Numbered from the stretch's first letter, positions 1-8,237 are shown. The stretch is DNA of 13,171 bases from an uncultured archaeon (GCA_964510585.1 CAZECW010000144.1:1-13171), one strand, 5' to 3'. Made by a program: numbers and translations. Notes: a model not told the origin generated them from the sequence alone.

Positions 1-630
1 GCCGGAGGGAACCAGCCAGGACAACACACAGTGGCCAGAGGAGTCCGTAGCAGACGCATTAAGACTAACATTCTGGTGGTTGAACAAGCACACCAGCTGG
101 TCTGGAAGCGAACTGTTAGCGTCGTCCCTCAGATCCGCCTCAGCAATTAAAATTTCTCCGGGGTAGGCTGATGTGGTGTGGGTGAGGTTTCCAAAATTTG
201 TTCTGGCTTTAATGAAGAGGTCGATGTAGACGGGTATAGCGTCAGGTCTACTGGGACAGGAAGCATTAATAATTGCCAGGCCGAGAGAATGATTGTTGGG
301 GATTCCCCATTCCAATACTGCGTATCCACTAGAGTTGGTGTATGCGCCTCCAATCATCATGCCGTTTGTTGTATCATAAAAAAGAGCTAGCTCTCCGACG
401 ATTGGATCCGTTTCATTTTGTATTCTTGCAATTAGTGTTACAGGTTCTCCCCTGTAGCAGATCTGATAGTCTTTATAGTTGAGATGTTGGTGTGTTGGGA
501 AACTGTAAAAGTAGAAAATGTGGGGTGTCGTGCAGAGAGTAAATGTGATGACCAATATTAGGACCAAAATTATGGTGAAGATGCTTGATTTTTTAGTAAC
601 GACGCCGCCCTTCTTATTTTGAGGAATCAT
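1..630 (-). CDS. Secreted or membrane-anchored surface protein with tandem Ig-like repeats (C-terminus truncated by window edge)
   Basis: Hand translation gives a stop-free frame from ATG at 630 to base 1 (210 codons): MIPQNKKGGVVTKKSSIFTIILVLILVITF...TDSSGHCVLSWLVPSG. Basic N-region plus hydrophobic stretch; 8 N-x-S/T sequons; motif T[ND]SSG[YH]xVL[ES]W repeated 97 aa apart. An in-frame TAA lies just upstream of the ATG. Confidence 0.8.
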   Translation of the reverse strand, partial: MIPQNKKGGVVTKKSSIFTIILVLILVITFTLCTTPHIFYFYSFPTHQHLNYKDYQICYRGEPVTLIARIQNETDPIVGELALFYDTTNGMMIGGAYTNSSGYAVLEWGIPNNHSLGLAIINASCPSRPDAIPVYIDLFIKARTNFGNLTHTTSAYPGEILIAEADLRDDANSSLPDQLVCLFNHQNVSLNASATDSSGHCVLSWLVPSG

Positions 631-659
631 AGTGACCCGTAAAGAATTCTGGAGTTAAC

Positions 660-667
660 TATTTAAA
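660..667. promoter_or_regulatory. Candidate shared TATA box of the divergent 630(-)/716(+) genes
   Basis: Reads TATTTAAA on + and TTTAAATA on -; about 30 nt from the ATG at 630 and about 50 nt from the ATG at 716. Confidence 0.4.
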
Positions 668-715
668 CGCAACACTTAGATTTTTAACCTAATGTTCACC
701 GGAAGGTTGTTGTAA

Positions 716-2344
716 ATGAAGCTGGATGAGCGTATAGAAATTTATGGGAAAATGTCTTTGGCGCTTGAATATATTGAGTCTTGCAAAGAATTCGCCAGTC
801 TCATTCCTGAGGTGAGAACAAATCTGGTTTATGCGAGGACAGATCCTAAAACCCCAGAAGATGTCTTAGCTGTTGAGGGACGCATAACTGTGATAAACGG
901 TATGCCTCACGCTGCGGGGAAGCTAAAGTTTGGAGCGTCAAGCCACATGGCAAGGCTAATCATAGAAATAAACAGGAATGACCCCTCAATAAGAGCTGGC
1001 ATAAACTTTGCCTGCAACCCCGAGCTAATAAAGTGGCTTGAAAGGTACTGTGAGAAGAAGGGTTGGGTGTTTAGTGTAATCGACCGCTCCAAGGAGCCCG
1101 AGGAAGTCAAACAGGTAGAGGGTGCATCTATGCCTTGGAAGGTGAAGGAAACCATTCGGGCGGCAGGAGGGAGGGTGCCTAAGGTTTTCTACGAGGCGGG
1201 GGCTGTAGGCAAAGAAGACCTCACAGTGCTGGTGGGGAAGGATCCAATAGAAGTTGCAATGGATACCTGTGAATTAGCGAAGGAATACGCCAAGAGTCTT
1301 AGGCCTCCACCTAAAGTGGGCAAAATTGACTTGGAAACGTTTACCAATTATTTACTGCAACGCCTTGGGAAAAGGGATGAAACAGTTCTTGTGCCCCCCT
1401 TAACGGGTGTTGATGCCGCGGTAATTGATATAGGTAATAATAAAGTTCTCGTTGTGGCTGAGGATCCAATATTTTCTATTCCGAAGCAGCCGTTAGAGAT
1501 GTTTGGATGGTACACTGTTCACATTGGGGCGAGTGATATTGCCGTTATGGGAGTTAAACCCCGCTACATGACCTATTCGCTTTTGATGCCTCCAGAAACT
1601 AGGGACGAGGAGTTTAGAACCATTGTGGATTCCATTCATCAGACTGCCGTGGAGCTCGACATTGCCATAGTTGGAGGACATACCGGCTACTATCCCGGAT
1701 TTGCTTCGCCCACCATCGGGGGAATAGCAGTTTTTGCCATTGCAGACAAATACAGTTATGTTACAACGGCAGGCGCAAAGCCCGGTGATGACGTTATACT
1801 GACTAAGGGGCCTGCTATAGAGACAGTGGGAATACTGTCTGTTCTGCGTGAGCCAGAATTACTGGAGAAATATCCTAGGTCACTTGTGGAAAAGGCGAAG
1901 GCTCTGTGCAAAGAGATGACCGTGGTTAAGGACGCATTAACCGCAATGGAGGTGGGCGGCGTCACCGCAATGCATGATGCAACAGAAGGAGGAGTGATAG
2001 GGGGACTATTTGAGATAGCGAATGCTAGCAATGTGGGCATGGAGATTGATGAGTCCTCATTCATTTATCCAGAAGAGGTGAAAATGGTGTGTGAGGCATT
2101 CAACATTGACCCAGTTGCAGCAATCGCTGAAGGTTCCCTGCTCATCACCGCCAAACCGACGCACTCCCGACAAATAATCAAAAGACTTGGGGAAGTGAGG
2201 ATAAAGGCGTCCATTATTGGAAAAGTTACAAGCGACACAAAAACAAGAACAATGAAAAGAATCGACGGAAGGAAAGTACCATTAGAAATCCCGAGACAAG
2301 ACCCCTTCTGGCCAGTATTCTTCGAAGGCGTAGAAAAAGGGTAA
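716..2344 (+). CDS. thiN: ThiN-type thiamine-phosphate synthase domain (aa ~1-190) fused to an AIR-synthase-related PurM/HypE/ThiL-fold domain (aa ~200-542)
   Basis: ThiN motifs IPEVRTN, EGRI, FGASSHMAR, DRSKEP, EGASMPW, GAVGKE. After the linker RPPPK: GKI..., GVDAAVID, VVAEDP, ASDIAVMG, IVGGHT, AKPGD, MHDATEGG, typical of the uncharacterised PurM-like subfamily. Confidence 0.88.
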   Translation: MKLDERIEIYGKMSLALEYIESCKEFASLIPEVRTNLVYARTDPKTPEDVLAVEGRITVINGMPHAAGKLKFGASSHMARLIIEINRNDPSIRAGINFACNPELIKWLERYCEKKGWVFSVIDRSKEPEEVKQVEGASMPWKVKETIRAAGGRVPKVFYEAGAVGKEDLTVLVGKDPIEVAMDTCELAKEYAKSLRPPPKVGKIDLETFTNYLLQRLGKRDETVLVPPLTGVDAAVIDIGNNKVLVVAEDPIFSIPKQPLEMFGWYTVHIGASDIAVMGVKPRYMTYSLLMPPETRDEEFRTIVDSIHQTAVELDIAIVGGHTGYYPGFASPTIGGIAVFAIADKYSYVTTAGAKPGDDVILTKGPAIETVGILSVLREPELLEKYPRSLVEKAKALCKEMTVVKDALTAMEVGGVTAMHDATEGGVIGGLFEIANASNVGMEIDESSFIYPEEVKMVCEAFNIDPVAAIAEGSLLITAKPTHSRQIIKRLGEVRIKASIIGKVTSDTKTRTMKRIDGRKVPLEIPRQDPFWPVFFEGVEKG

Positions 2345-2447
2345 ACCAACCCAACCCTATATGTAATACTTATTTATTAAAAGAGTGGAATTTCCAGCAT
2401 AAAATAATTAGGTATTTCCTTAGTTGTTGGAATGAGAGGTTTTTGGA

Positions 2448-3206
2448 ATGTTGCGAAAGAGCGTTGAGGTGGAGATTAGAGATTTGCTCGGCAGGGATGG
2501 TTTTCCAATATTTGGTGTTGCAGCTGTGACCAAGCTCCCCTCATTGCCAGTAGAGTTTTCATACCAAGCCCTATTGGAGGGTGCCAAATCGATTATCTGT
2601 TACGGAGTGCCCGTTCCAAAGGGGATAATATATGCTAAAGAGAGTAGTCTTGCCTTATACTGGCGTTATTGTAATATGTTGTATAGAACCCTCGACTCAG
2701 TATCAAACAAAGTTTGTATAATTTTAGAAGAGAGGAGTTATCCGACTGTTCCCGATTATGGATGTTATCCTTGGAGGATAGTGAACCGAGAATTTTGGGG
2801 ACTTGTGCCTTTGGTTTACTGGGCTGAGCAGGCGGGCTTGGGTAAACTTGCAAAATGTGGATTACTCGCTAATCCCGCCTATGGCACCAGAATTCTATTA
2901 GGCGGTGCGGTTACCACAATCGAGTTAGAACCTTCCGAAAAACTAAGCTGTGAAATCTGCCCGCCGGGCTGCTTCGAATGTATAAATGCCTGTCCCGTTA
3001 AGGCCATAGAAAAAACAGGAAAAGTTAATCATGGTCTATGTATAAGTTATGCAGACTCCAATCCCCTTTTGGCCCATTTACTTGGAGACAAATCTTGGAT
3101 GGAAAAATTTTCTTTTGAAACATTAATGAATACCGTGGGTGTCGATGATCATAATAGCTATTCCTGTTATGAGTGTCTAAAAGCATGCTCATTAAATAAA
3201 AAATAG
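2448..3206 (+). CDS. Epoxyqueuosine reductase (QueG)-like / reductive-dehalogenase-like 4Fe-4S protein
   Basis: GAKSIICYG, AEQAGLGKLAKCGLLANPAYGTRILLGGAVT, CPPGCFECINACPVKA, and a C-terminal C...CYECLKAC split ferredoxin-type motif. Confidence 0.8.
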   Translation: MLRKSVEVEIRDLLGRDGFPIFGVAAVTKLPSLPVEFSYQALLEGAKSIICYGVPVPKGIIYAKESSLALYWRYCNMLYRTLDSVSNKVCIILEERSYPTVPDYGCYPWRIVNREFWGLVPLVYWAEQAGLGKLAKCGLLANPAYGTRILLGGAVTTIELEPSEKLSCEICPPGCFECINACPVKAIEKTGKVNHGLCISYADSNPLLAHLLGDKSWMEKFSFETLMNTVGVDDHNSYSCYECLKACSLNKK

Positions 3207-3231
3207 AAATGAAGTGGTGAGGAATAAATAA

Positions 3232-3759
3232 TTGCCTGTTAAAGAAGTATTGCTTCTTGGAAATCCGAAACTATATGAAGTATCGGAGGAAGTTAGAGAG
3301 GAAGAATTGGAAGAGCTTAAACCTGTTATAGAGGATTTGCATGACACTCTGATGGATTTCAGAAAAAGATATGGTGCTGGGAGAGCAATAGCCGCTCCAC
3401 AGATAGGGGTCATGAAAAGACTCATTTACATGCACATCTCGGAACCAGTGGTTTTCATTAATCCTCGACTTGAATTTGAAAGCAGTGATATGATGGAGAT
3501 TTGGGACGACTGCATGTGCTTTCCAGATTTGCTTGTAAAGGTGAAACGCTACCGCAGATGCAGAATCCAATATAGGGACATAAATTGGGAGGAAAAAAGC
3601 ATGGAACTGGAGGGCGGCCTTTCAGAGCTACTGCAACATGAATACGACCACCTTGAAGGCATTCTTGCCGTATCCAGAGCCATAGATGGAAGGTCATTCT
3701 GCCTAACCAGCCAAAGAAGATTTATAACACAGGTAGCAATTCAAAACCCTAAAAAATAG
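3232..3759 (+). CDS. def: Peptide deformylase family protein with atypical motifs 1 and 2
   Basis: LLLGNPKL, GRAIAAPQIG (motif 1), INP, DDCMCFP (motif 2 variant of EGCLS), QHEYDHLEG (HExxH). TTG start with GGTGAGG RBS. Confidence 0.9.
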   Translation: MPVKEVLLLGNPKLYEVSEEVREEELEELKPVIEDLHDTLMDFRKRYGAGRAIAAPQIGVMKRLIYMHISEPVVFINPRLEFESSDMMEIWDDCMCFPDLLVKVKRYRRCRIQYRDINWEEKSMELEGGLSELLQHEYDHLEGILAVSRAIDGRSFCLTSQRRFITQVAIQNPKK

Positions 3760-3801
3760 CGTCAACATCACCAAACCATAACTTAAATTGGAGGCAAAAA
3801 T

Positions 3802-4592
3802 TTGGACGAACCAGTAAAGCTCAAAAAAGAAGGTGAAATAGCCGTACTACTGTTAAACCGCCCAGAAAAGTTTAATGCATTTGACCTAGATTTGATTGAG
3901 CAATTCGCGAACCATTTAATATCTCTAGCAGTAGACAATGAAGTGCGAGCCGTAGTCATATCCGGTGAAGGTAAAGCCTTCTGTGCCGGCGGTGATTTGA
4001 AGTGGATGCTGGAATATCCACAAGGACCACATGCAGCCATTCACCAACTAGCCGCCCGATTTCACCAAGCAGTTTCAGAGATTCGTCGGATGAACAAGCC
4101 GGTCATAGCAGCAGTTAATGGAATAGCAGCCGGCGGTGGATTCTCCCTAGCCTTAGCTTGCGACTTTCGGGTTATGGCTCGATCCGCCATCCTGAGACAA
4201 GCATATACTTCGTCTGGTCTAACCCTTAACGGCGGGGTTACGTTCACCCTTCCTAGACTTGTGGTTTAGCCCGAGCCCTAGAAATTGTGGCGTTTGACAA
4301 GCCCATTTCATCCGAACAAGCCTTGGCATGGGGACTGGCAACAAAAGTGGTGGATGACGGTCAGACCTTGGAGGAAGCCATAAAAATGGCAAACCAGTTA
4401 TCAAGCATCTCCCTTAACGCTTTTGGATTATCAAAGAAGCTCCTCACAGACTCTTTTGACACATCATTCGAAACCCAACTAGAGCGAGAACGAGAAGGAA
4501 TAAGAGAATGCGCAGCACATCCCGAAGGAAAGGAGGGAATAAAAGCCTTCACCGAGAAGCGTAAACCAAAATTTAGAGGCGAACATAGATAG
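3802..4592 (+). pseudogene. Enoyl-CoA hydratase/isomerase (crotonase, PaaG-like), split by a 1-nt deletion at ~4263 (pseudogene or assembly error)
   Basis: ORF 3802-4269 has AFCAGGDL and AAVNGIAAGGGFSLALACD. Adding one G at GTGG^TTTAGCC gives LPRLVGLARALEIVAFDKPISSEQALAWGL, continuous with ORF 4287-4592 (EGKEGIKAFTEKRKPKF); 263 aa in total. Confidence 0.85.
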
Positions 4593-5000
4593 ATGGAATC
4601 AATACATTGCTAGGATGTAGGTGTCATCTAGGATGAGAAGATAAGGGATATATCGCTACTGTTCTGAAGCTTCCTAGCTGTTCCGTCCTCGGAAAATTAT
4701 GGAAGAAAATTAAGTCAAAATGGCTGTGAACCTCCTGACTTAATACTGGAAAAAAGGGTTGATGAAGCCCCAAAACCCGGATAGGTTAGAAAAGCTAGTG
4801 TTTATTAGACATTCCCATTAAAAAATAGGGTGATAAATTAAATCCATCATCAAAGAGACTTCTCCAGAATTGGAATGTTTCCAACCTTTACATGATACCA
4901 ACAAATCTTATAACTCCAAGAGGACCCTTGCTAGTTAAGGGAATTTGGCGTTGTTAACGTTCTTCCTAAGTGGAAGAATTTTTGAGAATGAGGCATCATC

Positions 5001-7064
5001 ATGGATAGGGACATGATGCAAAGTAGAATACTAAAAAAATTGGGAGTAGAGCCTGCTACTAGTGAGAGCTTTCAAATCTTGATATCTAGTTTAAGCACAA
5101 TCCTAGGCTATAGTGAAGATGAACACTTGGAATCGTTGAAGGCTTTGAATTCGCCCATATCGCAAAATTTAAACAAGCTGGATCCAGACGAAATCGGGTT
5201 TATCGAGTCCGAGTTGTCAGGAGCGAATATTCCCATCAATGAGTGCCAAATTCGAGTGCAAAGATTGATTCCTAACAATAAAAGGAAAAGGTTTGCAGCT
5301 TATTATACTATAGATCAGGGTACCCGCTTCATGGAATCTGTTGTTTATGAATATTTGAAAATATATGAAAAGCAGAGAGTTGTTCTTGCGGACCCCTTCC
5401 TTGGTTCTGGTCGCACCTTAACTGCAGTAATTAATAAAATTGGAAGCGATAGAATAGAAGCAGTTTGGGGCATAGAGCCACTAGTTTTACCCTCCCTAGT
5501 TGCATACGCATCACTACTACAAGCAATGAGAGGAAAAAAAGACAAAATCATAGTTATAGTTGGGGACACATTTAAAGAAGTACCTAAAGCTTTTTCGCCC
5601 TTCACTCATTTCGAATTACCCCGAGCAGATATTGTTTTGACCAATCCACCGTTTACTAGATGGAAATATTTGGAGAAAGGCTACCGGGACTATTTACTCA
5701 AAGTTATAAGTGGATTGGGTTATGAGGAATTTTTAACCAGACGGGAGGTTAGTCTTCAAACCGTATCTATGTTTCTTTCCGATTATATTCTTAATAATGG
5801 TGGTCTTCTGGTATCCGTGCTTCCAGCATCCACATTCTATACGATTTATGGGAGGGGTTACAAAGCCCTCATAAAGGAAAGTTATGAGACCCTTGGACTG
5901 GTAGAACTTACATCTAGACCTTCCTTCTCTGAAGACAGCGGATTTAAAGAGGTTATAATAGTTGCAGTTAAGGATGGAAATAGAAGCAGACAAACCCTAC
6001 TCACAGAATTAAATAATAACTATGAAGAGATGGCTAAAGTCATTATTTTGGGGCAAAAAACAGAGGAAGTAAACGCGTTTAACATCCACAGGTTACCACG
6101 GTTTATGGACATAAATTGGCTGGCCCTCTTTGGAAAAAATAAGCTTAGGGATATTATCGCGAACATATTCGAACAGGGGTTAAAAAAGGGTACATTAGAT
6201 TATTGGGAAAACGTATTAGGTAGGGGAAGCATAATCAGGGGAGTCGAAATGTATGGGCCAGAATTCTTCTTCATTCCAAATAAGCACTGGTCCATTTCCA
6301 GAGAAGATGAGGAAACCGTGGAAATAGAAAACAAGGGAAATGAATTAAAATTGATTTTAGGCAAAGAATTTCTCACCAGAACTCTTAGAAAACCTAGTCT
6401 ATACAGCAACATAATTGAGGCAAATGTTGAAAGCTACATGCTTACAGTTCCACAAAAAGAACTCCAAGATTTGCCCGGGGATCTAAAGAATTATATTGAA
6501 TGGGGAATCAATTCCAGAACCGCTAGGCCAGCAATAAGAGCCTATGGTAAATACTGGTTTAGTCATGTTCATAAACAAATGGCTACAAAAAGGCCTTTCG
6601 GACAGGTATTCATACCGGACAAGGTAGATTTATCTTTTAACCGAAGAGGCGTTTTTGCCAATTATACAAGAGAAAAAACTGCCGCATCTAAAAATTTCTA
6701 CATAGCAAGAGACGAAAACCAAACTATTACAAAATTGCTGGTAGGCTGGTTTAACAGCACCCTCTTTATTTCAACACTTATTCTGCTGGGCAGAAAAATT
6801 TCAGAAACATGGACTAGGTTCTTGGAAAACGATTATTTAGAATTACCAGTAATCAATGTAAACTCAACTGATAAAGACAGCATATTAGAAGTATGTGATA
6901 AAATAGATAACTTGATAAGCAAACCTCTACCTCCCTTATGGAACCAAATGGATGAAGAATACAGATACCTGCTCGACTTATCTATAGCTGAAGCAACCAA
7001 ATTAGGCGAGCCTCAAAAAGTTGTGGAAGACCTTCATCAAACTCTAACCACTTATTTTAAATAA
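5001..7064 (+). CDS. N6-adenine DNA methyltransferase (gamma class, TaqI/Eco57I-like) with C-terminal target-recognition region
   Basis: AYYT (motif X), DPFLGSG (motif I), TNPPF (motif IV) in gamma order; long C-terminal region with the GWFNST and LELPVIN pattern typical of TaqI-C-like domains. Confidence 0.88.
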   Translation: MDRDMMQSRILKKLGVEPATSESFQILISSLSTILGYSEDEHLESLKALNSPISQNLNKLDPDEIGFIESELSGANIPINECQIRVQRLIPNNKRKRFAAYYTIDQGTRFMESVVYEYLKIYEKQRVVLADPFLGSGRTLTAVINKIGSDRIEAVWGIEPLVLPSLVAYASLLQAMRGKKDKIIVIVGDTFKEVPKAFSPFTHFELPRADIVLTNPPFTRWKYLEKGYRDYLLKVISGLGYEEFLTRREVSLQTVSMFLSDYILNNGGLLVSVLPASTFYTIYGRGYKALIKESYETLGLVELTSRPSFSEDSGFKEVIIVAVKDGNRSRQTLLTELNNNYEEMAKVIILGQKTEEVNAFNIHRLPRFMDINWLALFGKNKLRDIIANIFEQGLKKGTLDYWENVLGRGSIIRGVEMYGPEFFFIPNKHWSISREDEETVEIENKGNELKLILGKEFLTRTLRKPSLYSNIIEANVESYMLTVPQKELQDLPGDLKNYIEWGINSRTARPAIRAYGKYWFSHVHKQMATKRPFGQVFIPDKVDLSFNRRGVFANYTREKTAASKNFYIARDENQTITKLLVGWFNSTLFISTLILLGRKISETWTRFLENDYLELPVINVNSTDKDSILEVCDKIDNLISKPLPPLWNQMDEEYRYLLDLSIAEATKLGEPQKVVEDLHQTLTTYFK

Positions 7065-7325
7065 TCAATATTCTAAAAATTAATACAGTTTATTCCCCAA
7101 GTATCCTTCAATGGTGAAAATTGGAAATGTGATTGGTTTTCTTGATTACTTCACCATTCTCAGAAATTTTTATGCGTTTGCCCAAGGTTACATTTTTCCA
7201 CGAATTCATCCAACCTTTTTGGCACTAGAATTTCTTAATCGAAAAGATTTTTGATTCTGAAATCAACTTTATTGTCATCAAATTTAAAACAGGATAGTCT
7301 AAGGAAAACTAGGAGTTGCAATTTT

Positions 7326-8194
7326 ATGAATAGGAATATTTTGAGGATTGTGGCACATGGAGACTGGGATGGGGTGGTGGGAGCGGGGCTTCTCTCACGC
7401 GTTTATGCCGTGCCTCTGGAGTTTCCTTTCGAATTAGCGGGTTTAAATATTGAGAATGCAGCCTGTATTGAAATTACTCCTGGCCGTGTAAGCAGTATAC
7501 GGAACTCAGTCATAATCGACCACCATGCAACTGAGGAGCATAAATATACAGATGAACAGGGAAATGTATGGATTCTAAAGCCGGAGTACCGGGCGGTTTC
7601 CTCCCTAATAGCAGACCAATGGTCACTAGAATTTCCAAGTGAGTGGAGAGTCGCAATAGAGGAGGTGGACACAGCAAATCTCAACTCACCACTGAGCAAA
7701 ACATTATGGAGAGCCTATCGTGTGGACGCTAAAGGTTTTCCCCGCCAAAAAGTTGCAGAAATGGTCAGGAAAGGAGAATGGGAACAACTCGGCAAATTGG
7801 CCCACGAGAAACAAGAGGAGTACCGGAAAGTGGAGGAAAAACTAAAGAGCTCCTCGACAAAAGCGCTACACTAACTTCGGAGTCGGTCTATTTCACTTTC
7901 AAGTTCAATGACCGCTGGGAGAGGGGAGCCTCCAAGGACGCCATGCTCCTACTGGAAGAAAAAAATCCCATAGTGGTCGCCATAGCGGTTGAAGAAAAGG
8001 GCATCAAGGGTGGAACCATAGCCACAAGGAGAAACATTGACCTTGCCAAAGCCTACGAACACCTGAGAAAAAAAGGTTACACTTCCTGCGGCCACAGAAA
8101 CGTTGGAGGCTTCCAAGCCTTAAAGCCAAAAACCTTGGAGCAGGCCCTAAGGGATTTGAAAAGTGCTCTAGAAAATCTAAAAGAAGAAACTTAG
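7326..8194 (+). pseudogene. DHH/DHHA1 family phosphoesterase (NrnA/RecJ-like), split by a 1-nt deletion in the A5 run at 7837-7841
   Basis: AHGDWDG (DxD), IIDHH, and C-terminal CGHRNVGG (GGH-like). One extra A joins KVEEK to TKELLDKS, giving 289 aa. The ATG at 7326 has an upstream AGGAG, so it is preferred over the track's 7251 start. Confidence 0.82.
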
Positions 8195-8237
8195 TAGAAT
8201 ACTTGTTTCTCGTTTTTCGGATTATTCTAGTCTTTCT

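Noticed and set aside
147-390. Track ORFs 147-353(-) and 178-390(+)
   Set aside because: Both are shadows of the longer 630->1 minus-strand frame, which has a signal peptide and repeats.
560-630. Class III (prepilin/archaellin) signal peptide in the surface protein
   Set aside because: KG is followed by G and then more lysines before the hydrophobic stretch, which does not match the PibD/FlaK consensus.
631-715. TPP riboswitch or ThiR operator upstream of thiN
   Set aside because: The 85-nt divergent spacer lacks the TGAGA and other TPP core motifs and shows no convincing palindrome.
907-2349. Antisense ORFs 907-1155, 1493-1681, 1756-2064, 2065-2349
   Set aside because: They lie opposite the well-supported ThiN-PurM-like gene and have no motifs.
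4255-4275. Programmed -1 frameshift in the crotonase
   Set aside because: GTG GTT TAG offers no slippery heptamer, and homologues of this family are normally single ORFs.
2635-4552. Short minus-strand ORFs over the queG-like, def and crotonase genes
   Set aside because: Antisense shadows with Ser/Phe/Leu-rich composition typical of reverse-read coding DNA.
5345-7699. Antisense ORFs inside the MTase and DHH genes as a possible endonuclease or controller
   Set aside because: No HTH or nuclease motifs, and they are fully overlapped by strong genes.
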